Positions 9,665-22,600 of a DNA stretch of 46,590 bases are shown here, piece by piece. Position 1 is the first letter of the stretch. Each line of letters opens with the position of its first letter. The translations under genes were made by a program, and so were the position numbers. The notes under the pieces are model-generated. The model saw only the letters and a program-made list of their open reading frames with translations. It searched no databases and was not told where the DNA came from. Origin of the DNA: Vermamoeba vermiformis (Eukaryota); contig JBEWZL010000197.1 of NCBI GenBank assembly GCA_045837725.1, forward strand, positions 1-46,590. Reading direction: 5' to 3'.

Positions 9665-12104
9665 ATGAATAACGCAGCATTTTTAAAAGAAATTAAACAA
9701 AAAACAACCAACAGATTAGCTACTGCGAACAGGCACTCCACATCTGCGTTTGGAACTCGCTACAATGCGAAAAAACGAAGACCAATATTCGGCCCATATG
9801 CGGAAAGTTCATTATACAATATATGCTTAGCGAAAATCACAGGCGTGCTGGAAATGTACGAGATCAAGAAGATGGTTCAAATTCTATCTCCTCAATCTCG
9901 CGCAGATCTGTTCCAATATTTATTGCAAGTTAAGCTCCCGAACGATTTATATATAGAATTATTACGAGACGCTCCGTTAGAATATTTGGACTTCAAGGCG
10001 TACGAAGTTTCAGATGAAGGTAAAAATATTCATTCTTTATGTTTGCTAATATCAAAATTATAGGACTAATGAAGATAGCTGATTATTTACCGAATTTACG
10101 GTACCTGGGCCTGACGACAAAAACCAACAACTCGATCACGATTAAAGGACTTCGCTACGTCGCGCAACATTGTCCCAATCTTCAAGGGATTGCCTTCAAA
10201 TTCGGAGACTTGTTTAGTCGATTGAGCTTAGAGGAGTTATCGGCCTTATTAAGCGATATTAATTGCAAGAACTGGCACGTACTTTCGTTACGCGGATCGA
10301 CCTTCGACTCAAGTGATGAAAAAGAGGTGGAATTGTTCAAAGAGAAGTGCCGCCTATTCGCACGACATTGTCCTAATATTAAAGTACGATAGAGGATAAG
10401 ATAATAGTAGCAGATCTAATTGGAATTCTAGGTGCTCGATCTTGGTTGGATCGCTGCTTTGCCATCAGAAGTTATTCATACTTTCTTACAACGATGTCCC
10501 CTTATTGAAAGCGTCGATTTAGGATGGACTGCAACTCCTGGTAAGTCGCAGAACGATCGTTACGAAATTGACCAACGGATGTACTTACCTAAATTTCCTT
10601 ATTTAGCAAATATGATCGCTATTATTATCAACAAGATCGGAGCTAATTTGAAGTCCTTGAATGTCGATACCTTGGCTACTATTTCGTCAGACTTGGTTCG
10701 AGAGATCAACGAGAAGTGTCCTAATCTCGAGCTATTGGATTTAAACAATCTTATTAGCGTGCATGAAATTAATTTTACCAATTTGAGCCAGTTAAAGACT
10801 CTAAAATTATCAGGTAAATTATTGAACAGCATCCCGTAACTTATCGAACTTTTTGAAGGCACTTAAGTGCTATTTCAGCAATCCATACGACGAGGAATAA
10901 TTATTTTCGAGTTAGGCTGATATTGGTATTTTAGGTTGTCGCCACTTGACGGACGCGGATGTACGCACCGCGATTTCTTGTTGTACACAATTGGAGCGAC
11001 TAAGTTTAGCTGGATTGCCACTCTTAACAGACGTAATCCTTGCGGATATAACCGAGAAATTGCCTAATTTGAAGCAACTGGATGTGTCAGCGACGAATTT
11101 CTCCGCTGAGGCTTTGGAAAAAATAGAAAAAATTAACGTTAGCATGAAGAGCGCTGCTGAGCTCGGGTGGTAGCTCTATCGTGCGTCTGTTTGTAAATAA
11201 ATGATTGGATCTACCAGGGTCCGCGTTCAATATCCGTCAGGTCAAAAACAATCTTTTTTTATCAACTGCATCGTGCTGCGTAACCACAAATGCCTCGAGG
11301 AACTGTCAAAAGTAGAGTATTTTTTGCAAAAAATAGGTCTGCTTTACTTACTAGCTTTTCTTGCGCAGACACCGTTAAGTCTCCTGAATCCAAATTGACA
11401 GGAAGAAAAAGAAAGAGAGACGAAGACAGCGATGATTCGTACGCAGAAGGTGATGAAAGGGACGAATCTAGCAGCGCCTCTGTGTCGGAAGAAGACGATG
11501 TGTCAGCATCTGAAGAATCGTCTGTCTCCGAACGACCCAAAAAAAAGCGAAAGTTTGGAAAATTCCAAGCTAAGAAGAAGGAGTACGAGGTTCCGAAGGT
11601 AAAATATTTTTAGCAATTTTTCTGACCGAATACCGGATTTGACTCAAATTCCTAGAAAACATTCGATTCTCTACCCGAAGCTCAGCGTGATTACCTTCAA
11701 TCCTTATCCATTGATCAAATGAAGAAAAAATTAGGGTACGTAAATCACACTACGTAAGCGGCAAAGTTCCTAACTGTTTCTTCAGTTTGAACGATCAAGT
11801 GAAAACCAAGACGAAGAAAGAGCTTATGTACGCCATTGCTGATTGTGTACAAAATGGTTGTTTGCCAAGATGCCCGAAGTGTAAGTATCGTAAAGGCTCC
11901 TATTTGACTGAAATTTAATTCCGCCGTCGCACGCGATCTCACTCATGCATTTTTTCAGGCTTTGGCGGTCGTTTGAAGCGCTCAGCAAAGGGTCTTTACT
12001 TCTGTCCCGGCAGCTTCGATGACGATGAATTTGTTTCTTGCAGTTTTGAAGCAAAGAAAGTCGACCGTCCTGCGTGGAAGCCCGAGGACGGATGCATTTT
12101 GTAA
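9665..12104 (+). CDS. BC-box-like + RNI/AMN1-type LRR + acidic/NLS linker + C-terminal PADR1 (PARP1 Zn3-like) zinc-binding domain, about 10 exons
   Basis: Phase-consistent introns at 10020-10063, 10384-10431, 10541-10606, 10814-10934, ~11170-11217, ~11337-11368, 11599-11655, 11736-11785 and 11881-11958. LRRs of the CPNLxxLxL type. C-terminus reads AIADCVQNGCLPRCPKCFGGRL...YFCPG...SCSF...RPAW. Confidence 0.72.
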
Positions 12105-12251
12105 ATTAGGATAGTGATGAGTAGTGTATAGATGAGGCGTGGTATTAATTTACTACGCTATAAACAACTGAAATTATTAACAAAGGCAGTATCTTGCGAT
12201 TACTCGAGCCCAAAAGCAGATCTGGCTGGTCCATCCGGCAACAGCACATAT

Positions 12252-13824
12252 TTACAAAAAATTAAAGTAGCTAGGTTGCTTTGTAGGACTTGAATCGGTG
12301 CTTTGACTCCTGTTATTCGAATTGTAATCCTTGTTACTGCCGTTCGATGGGATCTGATTCTTCGAAACTGTGTAGCCGTTGCTTGCACGCGAAGCTCTTA
12401 ATTCTTTAAGTATAAGATCCATCTTCTCTTCCATATTAGTCATTTGCGTCTTCAGCTCTTCGTACTGCGTTCTAGACTCTTCAAACTTGTCGCGGATGTA
12501 GGTGCGCAAGTTGCCAAAGTTGACACGGTTGTTGTTTGACTGCTGTTCCAACGACTGTTTGACTTCATCGATATCGGATGAAGTATCGTGGTTCATCTTA
12601 GGACCGTTTAGTCTCGGGCTCTCAATCACTCGTTGCTTCTTGGCACTTCTTTCTTCAATGTCGTTCTCAGCCTTTCGCTTCGTGCCTACCTTCGCAGGAG
12701 TATTTTCTTGCGACGAGTCTTTGTCTGACTTCTCTTCGGTCGCTGCGCCCTTCAATCGGTAAATTTGCCTTTTCACCAGTTCAACTACCGTTATTCCTTG
12801 CGTTTGGGCTGCTTGCTTGACGTTTGTGAGCTTCTGCGAAACCTTTTCCCTTTCTTTGTACGGAAGTCTTTCGTGCACATCTGCTGTCTATATATATATA
12901 TATTGTTAATATGCACCCACGAGTCCTGGTTACCCTACAACTGACCTTGTCTTGACCAGCAAGCAAACATTCGAGCAACACCTGGAGTTCGTTCAAGGTC
13001 CAAACATGTTTTTTCGCCCCAGGCTTGGCCTTCAGCTTTGGAGTTGATCCCTTTGGCGACTTTGCTTGATTTTCTGCGGGCTCCTCATCTGGTGGTGGTT
13101 ATGAGTCATCGAGCTGAAATTTCAATAGCTACGTACCTTCGTCTTCGTACTTCATTCCTTTAATTATGTCTTGCAGGCGAGTCTCTACATCCTTATTCTG
13201 AGCCTTGCTTTCATATCGCAACCGTTCAAATTTCTTTTGGACTTGCTTCTCAGTCCGCTCGTAACCTTCCGCAGCAAGCAACTCGACTACCTAGAAGTGG
13301 ATATTAGTATTATTAAATAATGTATATACCTCGATGAAGCTATTAACGGCACGATTAATTAAGGTCTGGGAGTATAATCCAATAAAAGAATTAAAATTTC
13401 AATTTCGTGGCTAAGATCCGGAAACAAGAATACTGGACTAACGTCAAAGTTATATTAATTAATTTTGATCCCAAGTATTTGATTTTAATAAGAGTAATTA
13501 AGTTAGAAACCTGCGAAATTGTACGAAGGATCGACAGAATAAATAATTCTGAAGAGAATCAGGGGCATAGCAGAACTCATAAAAATAATTTACCTGTACA
13601 TAGTTAACCTTTTCTTCGGGCTCTAGCGTCTGAACGTAAGCCAGAAGAATTTCCAGCTCGTCCACTGTCCACCATTGTTGCTTGACCTTCTCTATGCGTG
13701 CAATTATTATTAGCATACTGTATATACTTTATATAATGAATTTTATGCGTAACTAAATTCCTGTGAAGGTCCCTAGATTTTTAAACATTATTCGATCTAG
13801 TTAAAAACTTGTGGTTGCCACCAT
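12252..13824 (-). CDS. protein with two Myb/SANT-like (trihelix-type) domains and a C-terminal coiled coil; start codon uncertain
   Basis: Spliced repeats WWTVDELEILL...GYERTEKQVQKKFERLRY and VWTLNELQVLLECL...VHERLPYKEREKVSQKLTN; NLS-like KRK...KKQR. The first exon is tentative (weak donor). Confidence 0.65.
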
Positions 13825-15258
13825 AGAGATTGAATGGCTTTGCAAAGTTATAATGATACACAAAATCGATCGAATATCCAAATTTTATGCATTTAGTAAA
13901 GTTTGAATGCCGCAAAGGGCAAAAGACGGTTAGATCCGTAGCAACCGTACTTACTTTCCTCCTCTTCAGCCATCAGTGCTTCGAAGTAAATCTATCAATA
14001 ACCGACAAGCACAATTCCTATGTTCGCGGTACACGAGGTCTGTGTTCTCCCATAAAGCAAACAAGAATTTACCGCTTTTTTCAGATTTCACGTTACGTGA
14101 ACGCCACAATGCGTGCGTATCTTTTAAGACTTTATTCTATGATATTTTCGTGATTCTTATGTGATTACTTGCTATTGCCACGTTGACTGCTGACGAATCG
14201 GCTGTTTGGCGCGCACATCCGCATCTCATTGCGTAAGTGGCCTAATTTATCGTGCACATCAAAAATTTAACCGAAAATGACATTAGAGCGATTGCAATTG
14301 CGAATTGCCAAAGACAGTAATGGTCGGCAGGAGATGCTGATTTACAACGGCTAGTTATTCGCTGTGAAGGTCCAAATATTTATTAAGCCAATTTTACGCG
14401 ATCGTTCTCGTACACAGCAATGCCTCTACATGCTTTTTGGAGCAATACTTACGCGTTTCTTATTATTACAGAATTTTGTGTTGGGATTCGGTACCGTTCC
14501 GTCGTCTAAAGCAGCAGAATTATTGTTACGCGAACTCCGGGCCGCCCAGGGTAAATAAATTGCAATTAAAGGATAAATTAACTCAAAAGGCAATATCGAC
14601 GTCATAGATTTACTAGATTCACGTAAAATTCATTCCTGTTTTACCTTTTGTTCCGCTGGACAGTTCGGATGAATAGACAACTTAAAATTATTGCAATGAT
14701 ACCGCCCAAGAATATTCGGGTTGTGTCGAAACCTGTATTTAAGTTGCCTTTCACAAACCCGATCGAGCAATTCAATTAACATACAACGAAGGATTACGGT
14801 GATTAAAGTATACCTTATAGGTCTACGGCTAAAGGCATCAATTTATTAATGGCTCCAACGTGGATCTTCCTCCTCCTCGGCTCGCGTCAGTTTCATTCGT
14901 CAGTCAGATTCGGTCCTGAAACTTAAATTCTCATTTGGAGGTGCGACACCAGGTGTTAGACCCCTAAAACCATTGGAAATTCGCTGTGGACATCTGCGGA
15001 GTTAGGTCCGGATGAATAACCTTCCCAACCTATTCCTTTTATGGATTCGCTGGTTTAGTAACGACGTGGGATTTTACTCCATCAAAAAATTGTCGTCTGG
15101 CGTGACAGGATAAAGCCACGGACAAACGTGTTTTTTGTCATTTTCGATTTAACAGGGTGAAACGAAGCCCACACAACACATCCAAATCCCGAACAACAAG
15201 ATCAAGCGATTTAATTACGCTGATGACAAGACGGCACTGATTCAACACTACTTATCAA

Positions 15259-18060
15259 ATGCTTCAAGTGATGGAAATGAACAAACCCCCCTTCAAATTT
15301 AAGTTCGTCAATATGAGCGTTTTGAAGAACAACCCGGCAGCCGAGGTCAAGTGTCACATCTGCGGCCAAGGCGGGCATTTATACGAGTGCGCCTACTGCC
15401 CAAGAGGTTATCATATAATGTGCGTGCCTTCTACAATAGACATTTCGCCTGAAGGATGGTAAGTAACGTCACACGTCGTTGCGAATCCGATCGAGATTCA
15501 ATGAACGGAGTGACTCATAATCTAAATATTATTGAAATACCAAGAATGAAGAAGAGTTTCTAATTATTACTCCGTGCAGGCGATGCATGTATCACTTCTG
15601 CAGTGAGTGCGGGGCTACGGTCGATTATTCCGAGGCCGATCTTTATCATTGTGAACATTGCAAGACGTCTTTTTGCAGGTAAATATTATTTATTGATTAT
15701 AATCAACGCTTTAAGCGTTAGTATACCGATCCAAATTGTCTGGATCCAGTTAGCGTTTTTTTCTGAAATTTCTTAATTTCCGCGCGAGAGCGTGTCAAAT
15801 TTCGAAACTTAGGCTAATAGCTTTATTTAATAATTTATTGGCTGCCGGCATGCATTAACAAAGCGACTCACAAAGTGCACAGCCGATAAATTTTTGTGAA
15901 TTAATGTTTCGAAACATTAAATGATATATTCCGCGACGAATTCAAATTCTTTAATGTATATCTTTCATTTTGCAACATTTGAAGCATGTTTATCATGATT
16001 ATTGCTCGATTCTTTACACATACTATCGTGATTACTAAATCCGGAACTGATCTTCATTTTGCAACAGTACCCACAAAACTAACGCTGGTTTACGCACCAT
16101 TGGAGAGGAAAGAGATCGTACAGTGCTATGCAAAAATTGCCAAGATTATTCAGGTCTTTCGGTAAGCGAATTTTTTTCGAGATTGTTTCGAGATACACGT
16201 TTCGACAAAGTCGTAAACAATCTGGCCGGAAGTTTTCCATGCTTTGAGTGTACCATTTATTAATTTGCTAAACTTGCGTTTCCGATAGGAACCTCCGCGT
16301 AAGAAGTTGAAGGTTGACAGCCCGACCTCCGCTGATTCGTTTTATAAATCCGACTTCTATGAGGGCCGAGAGTCTCAAGGTTTATGGAGACAGAGATCAG
16401 GTATGTGCACGTCTTTTAAACATTAATGGTTTAAATCTTGTGCATAATTGAACTTCGAAGATTGCAAGATCAGATATTTAAGGCATCCGTTGACATTCGA
16501 GCTCTTGATTGGCTCAATTGCGAATCCATTATTTAAACCTTTATAATTAACGAACGTTCCTAGATCCTGGATATCTAAATGCTCGATTGAATGAAGATCC
16601 GTCGGAAGAAAATTTTAAATCCGAGCCCAACTCACCGCAAAGCTCAGAAGCTACGACTCCGACTAGCTACGGCTCGATGATAAATGAGAACAGCATTCAA
16701 AGCCGGATCTCAGCGACAGCTAGTCGAAATCTGGTTAGTGCGTTGAAGGACATGATGAAGATCACAAAGAAAAATCAAAAGATTATCAGTCAAGAGATCG
16801 GCATTAGGTAAGCATATTTAGTACTATAGAACGTTATTTTAAGTATAAGTTGGTCGTATTTTTAATTTCCCCTTACGAATTAACCGTGGATTAATCCATA
16901 TACTGCTTGCACGGATTGACTTACGGACTAGTGTTGTGGATTAATTTTCCATGCGGTTGGCCAAATCCATCCTAGATCTCCTTAAAGGCGGATGCAATCC
17001 ACGGCGCCACAAAATAATTGCAAAATTTCATTAAATCGATCCAAAATTATTAACTAAGCGTACCAAAATTATGGATTAATAGTATTCGATATACTTTAAG
17101 ACAGTACCGTTCTAACCAATACTTTACTTCAGCACGACCACATTGAGCGGGCTCGTGACCGGAAAGCGACGCACTAAAGGCTGGAAAACTCTCGAATACA
17201 AATTAGTCAAGTGGATACTTAGCCAAACTGTCGAGAAGAGCGCTTCAGAACATAATGCAGAGTACCAACGAAACGTGCTCACCCTTCAGAAGATCCAACG
17301 AGGTTTCAAGCACTATCTCGACGACGTGTATAAGAACAAGGATAGTGACAAGCACTCGGACAGAGGTAGCAGCAGTTCACCGGACCCAAGCCAAGAGTCG
17401 CCTAGAAATCCAAAACCACAGCAGCAAACACCCGTGTCAGGCAAGCCTATTGCAGGACCAACCCAAGCCCCAGAGCAAAACGTCAACACCAACACGAACG
17501 TCCCAATGCAGTATTCGACAGCTCCTAACGCATTCTACCCTCCATCGAACGAGTACTTCACGGACTACTCCGCGCCACCTCAACCAATTGGTGATGTCAA
17601 CCCACCGTTTAGATCTGATGAGCAAACGTATGACCGCAATTACGAAGAAGAACAAAGACCGTTCCACATGCACGTGCCTCAACAGTTACAAGGCATGACC
17701 GGAATTACATTGCCCCTGGAATTCGTGCACGAGCGATACGAGGTACAACGCGGATACGTAGCTTATCCTCCACAAGAATACATGAGCTCTACAGACCCTC
17801 ACGCTCACGCTTACGGAGCTGCTCCGAACATGTACAGACCTCCTGCAAACTTTCAGTACCAACCGTACTTCGTGCCACAACAAGGATCTGGCATCGCTCC
17901 TCATTCGATCAACTTGCAACCGATGCAACAACAGTCACCAAGTATGCACATGAACATGCCTAACTACAGCAACGTCCCTACTTCAAACGTCAATTACTCG
18001 GCTCCTTCGAATGTGAACCAAGCCAACGAGAACGTGCCACAAGACTACGAAGACGAATAG
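15259..18060 (+). CDS. putative transcription factor: PHD + C5HCH (NSD-type) zinc fingers, lambda-repressor/XRE-like HTH, P/Q/N-rich tail
   Basis: Exons 15259-15458, 15580-15678, 16068-16161, ~16289-16400, 16564-16807 and 17133-18060. They give CHICGQGGHLYECAYCPRGYHIMC...WRCMYHFCSECG...CEHCKTSFCSTH and NQKIISQEIGISTTTLSGLVTGKR. The exact ATG (15259-15313) is uncertain. Confidence 0.78.
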
Positions 18061-18228
18061 ACGACAAAACAAATCAAGCTTGTTTTACCTTGATTAGCGA
18101 AGACAATGATGAGGACGAGCAGAAGGTTCTCATTTAGTGAAGGAGGTCTCCCTTCACTGCCCTGCAGAGTCATTGGAGCTTACAGCGGCGCCATTCACAC
18201 GAAGTCTAGCTAAATAAATCACGTTTAT

Positions 18229-18876
18229 TTATGTAAAAATGTCACGAGACAAACCTGGTTTGTCTTCCTCTTCGTCAAACAAGGAGAAGACTTTCAAATT
18301 TTTTTGTAAAGGCTTCCCGTGGTCCAATACTTCTTGCTGCAGTAATTTAACATCTCTCTCCAATTCCATTGCAAGTTGGCGGATCTGATCGGCACGAGCG
18401 TTTAATTGGTCGACTTTTGCATTTAGTACCTTCTCACTATCGTTGCGTTCGTTAAACACTTCTTCAATTTTTCCAAGAGCTATTTGAATGGCTTCATAGT
18501 TTTCTTTAAATTGACGCAATACGTGAAGAGCTTTTGGCGTGGGTCCGAATAATTCGTATTTGTGTGCTACTGGTAACATAGAACTATTTAATCTTGTAAT
18601 ATCTGATATATTTCTTACGTTATAATCAAGCTTATCATTAAAATAATCTTCAATGGCTTGGATTTGAATTGGTTGACAAACTTGTAGAAGATCAACCGCT
18701 GTACTCGCACTTCTAACAAGCTTAATTTTTGTCAATAAACCCTCTTGTTGGTTACTCTGAACTGTGTAGGTAGGTTTCTTGCCGACGTCCTTCCAAGGAA
18801 TTCTATCAATTATCTCCTGATTAATTTTGGCTATCGCAGTTATCTTCTTAATTAATACTATATCTTCAGTCTCCAT
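18229..18876 (-). CDS. hypothetical coiled-coil protein (intronless, about 215 aa)
   Basis: Long uninterrupted ORF, first ATG at 18876 (METEDIVLIKK), heptad-rich C-terminal half. No family recognised. Confidence 0.6.
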   Translation of the reverse strand: METEDIVLIKKITAIAKINQEIIDRIPWKDVGKKPTYTVQSNQQEGLLTKIKLVRSASTAVDLLQVCQPIQIQAIEDYFNDKLDYNVRNISDITRLNSSMLPVAHKYELFGPTPKALHVLRQFKENYEAIQIALGKIEEVFNERNDSEKVLNAKVDQLNARADQIRQLAMELERDVKLLQQEVLDHGKPLQKNLKVFSLFDEEEDKPGLSRDIFT

Positions 18877-19678
18877 ATGTGTTGTGTTCGAGAATAATAA
18901 TACAATAAATGGTAAAATTATAACTTTTACTGACACGCCAACAAAAAATTTAATGCCCAACAATGGAGCACAACTTCCGTGCATTACAATGATAAATTAT
19001 CATGGTAAATTCTTTCTCCCACGGAAACCGAGGCCGGGATTTACAACTCTGAACGTAAGATTATTCTATGATATTAAATTATAATTGAAAATAATGATAG
19101 TGTTTAATGTTTCCAGGTCTACAAAAATAACGAAAATTGCAACAATTTAGCGGCAATTCAAGGTTAGGTTAGGAACCATTTTAAACAACCGATCAGCAAC
19201 TAAATATTTTAGCCTCGTAAATTGTAGAAATACCGGTGATACGACTATTATTAAAGCATATACGGCAGACTATGAATGTGTATATAATAATATTTTTGAT
19301 GAATTTTAAAATTAATTACCAAAAAATCAACCACATCCTGGCGCACTTGTCGTTCATGTTTTCGTGCGAACATTGATCTGCTCTACAATTTCAGACAACA
19401 TTTCTCTAATAATCAAAAAGTTCACGCTTACTAACAACCCAAGACAATCATAGGAATACTAATTCAAATGAATTAAGTAAAACTTTGATCCGGATCACGT
19501 TCTGGCTTCGTGCCGCTAGCAAACAAGCTCTCGTCTGGTAGACGTCGGCACCAGGTATTTCTGCTTGACGCATGTCAATGTGAGCTAATGAATTCCCGGA
19601 AATTCACAGGTAATTTTAAAAAAAGGAATAAATAAGATTTGTTTTTGCTCATTATTATTCTCTTCTGTTTCTAGCATC

Positions 19679-22600
19679 ATGACAACCATTCTTCCTCGCA
19701 AAAGAAAGCTCAGCGCATCGAATGACGGCGAGGCCATAATGTCAGGCAGCCCGCCAAGGCAAAGAATGCGCCTGGAGATCCCAGATCTTGCTTCAGATGG
19801 CCGCTATTTTGACGAATCGGAGCAAAATTCCATGGCATTAGAAGAAAACGAGCCTTTAGATCCCTTGCCTGAGTTACCAACAGAAATATGGCTCGAGATC
19901 TTGACGCCCGTAGCCTCGTGGCCTTTTGAAGAGCAAATACAAATCCCTTATGTGTGCCGCGCGTGGTATAACTTATCTAAGCATGCAGTGCTATCATGGT
20001 GGAATATCAATGATGCTCTAATTATGACAGAAGCCAAAGGTAACGAGAGATCTTTTGGATCGCATTAAACGAAAACAAAACTAATTCTTCTCTGATAAGG
20101 CTTGCCTAGACACGATGTTACACCAGTTAAACTCAAGTTTTCTTTTGTTCGACAAATCAGGAAGGACAGATGGAGATGTTTTTACGAAGTGAGCCACATC
20201 TGCTTTATTTAACGTTCATTACTTACGGATCTGATATTATAGCTCAAAACAAAAGATGGTCAACGTCGTGAGGTGTATGCAGAGCTTAACAGTTCTTTTC
20301 AATTTGAACCGTCCCATGGGTACTATCTTACAAGAGCAAAATTGCTGGATCTAGAGTACGACTATTCTCCGTTATCGTATCAGTTTGACATCGGAATTAA
20401 TATGCGAGAGTAAGTGAATAGGATGCATAGCAATTGAAGCTAATATTAATATGCATAGGCTGGAAAAAGTTGTGGCGTCGGGTTGTAGCACCCCGAATGC
20501 ACTTTACGCTTTGGCTCATCTAGCGAAAAAGTTCATTAGTAAGCCATACAAGCCTGATACTAAGAGCCCGAGAACTCCGAAGGTAAAAAAACTAGATCTA
20601 CGTCGGATGTCGTTGCCACCATTAACTTTTCCGTCCAAAAAGGTTCCGTCTGTCATCACTACTCAGCCAAAAGCTATTGAAGGCGTTGAATTACACCAAT
20701 ATCAAATCGATGCTATAAACTGGATGGTTAACCTAGAAAGAGATGATGGAAAAGGTAAAAAAACGAATCAGGATCCGAAATTTGAAACTTAACGGGAATA
20801 CGTAGTGTTGACGATCAAGCCGTTGTTACCTGTGCCAAAGAGCGACCTCTTTCTTTGCGTTCACGATTTGCAGCTCATTACAAAAGATCAGATCGAGCAC
20901 AATCTTTTGCCGTACACTTTCAATGGTAATTTCTCACGATACTATTGGTGCATACTAATCATAATTGTAGGAGGGATATTAGCCGACGAGACTGGTCTAG
21001 GCAAATCGTTGGAAGGTCCGTACCTATTCGTCATTCATAGATTAATGACCATAAAGTTGCTCACTAACCCCGATTCCAGTCATCGGTCTAATTCTTTCCA
21101 ATCCTCCAACTGAACTGCCGAAGAATGAACCGTACTTCGCAACAAAAGCAACGTTAAGTATGGCCAGTTAAAGTTGTTAATATAGTTCTAACGCTTGTTA
21201 GTTATATGCCCGGGTCAGCTCGTGAAGCAGTGGTCCTCCGAAATCTCCGAATATTGCGGGGATAAGCTCCGCGTTATTGAACTACCTACGATCAAACAAG
21301 TCCGAAAATGGACTTATCAGGACATCATTGATGCTGGTAAGATTTTGACACGCACGTGCGTATCAACCAAAGTTTTGCACTTGTCAAACTGTCAGTTCGT
21401 GCGTTCGTAGTGCCAAAGTTCTAGGAATAACTTGGTGTCATATTTAATTTAACTTTGAGCTTGGCACATGTTGCTACAAAAGTTTTCCTTTCGTTGATGC
21501 TAGACTAACTTACGTTTCAGATGTCGTCATTATGTCGTACGATATGTTGTTCAGTGAACATTTCATCGCACATCCGGAGCTCGTGGAGTTTGGCGTTGAT
21601 CGCGAAGAAACTATGCAAGACCGCTACGAACGATTGCAAAACTTGCTTAAAGTACGAATATTACATAATTTATTACCCGTAATTTAACGTCTCGTTCAGG
21701 TCCGACAAAACATTGAGCCCAATAAGATTAAAGGCGTTGTCCTCGAACATTTTCATTGGCACCGTATTGTCGCTGACGAGTACGACGAGATGAACTTGCT
21801 GCACTTTCAGGACTATCAGCGGACCTATGCTTGGTGCGTCAGTGGCACGCCAGAGATGCAAGTCTCGTTCTATATATAAATTAATCGTACTTATTGATTT
21901 TTAGTGACTACAACGCGATGCAGTTCATTGGTTTGATACGGTTGTCAAAGGATCCGGACCTTCCTGAGGGAATTTCACCTGGCATCGTTAAGGAGTATGA
22001 AGAAATCATTTTCACTGAAGGTCAAATCTACAAAAAGTAAGTATTGTTTAAATCGTTTCTATTCGATTTCGTATTAATTTTTTGTCGACAGAAGGTTGAA
22101 GAAGCAGCTGATCTTGGAAAAATTATTTTGGCGTAACACGAAAGAAAGTGTTCGAGGAGAGTTTGAAATGGTCGAGTCCATTCAAAGAGTTATCCGCTTG
22201 GATTTTACGCCCTTGGAAACTACGATCTACGAGTACTTAAAAAATCACCCGGATGGGTCATTTGGTGAGCCAGAAAAAAAATTGATGAATTTTTGCTGCC
22301 AATTATCAGACGAAACGAACGAGGCCAATATCAGCTTACAACATTTAAAAGATGAGTACATATCAATCTTGAAAAACGACATCGCATCCAAGGAGCAATA
22401 TCTGGATGAGCTGAGGAACAAGTATTTGCGGGCCGTAAAAGATCTGAATGACAAATTTATGTCGTGGAGACACCGAGAATGCAAGAATATCATTAGGAAT
22501 TATCCTGAAGCATGCGAATCCGAGAAGCATTTGTACATTGATTTTTTTGAAGAGACATTAGCCAAGCTCCAAAGTCAGGTACTTCGCTATAAATCAATTA

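Noticed and set aside
11290-11613. Stand-alone ORF MPRGTVKSRV...
   Set aside because: Better explained as an internal exon of the LRR-PADR1 gene reached by phase-consistent introns; not fully excluded.
18061-18140. Coding-like acidic sequence after the PHD-HTH stop
   Set aside because: Short, out of frame and without splice support; treated as 3' UTR.
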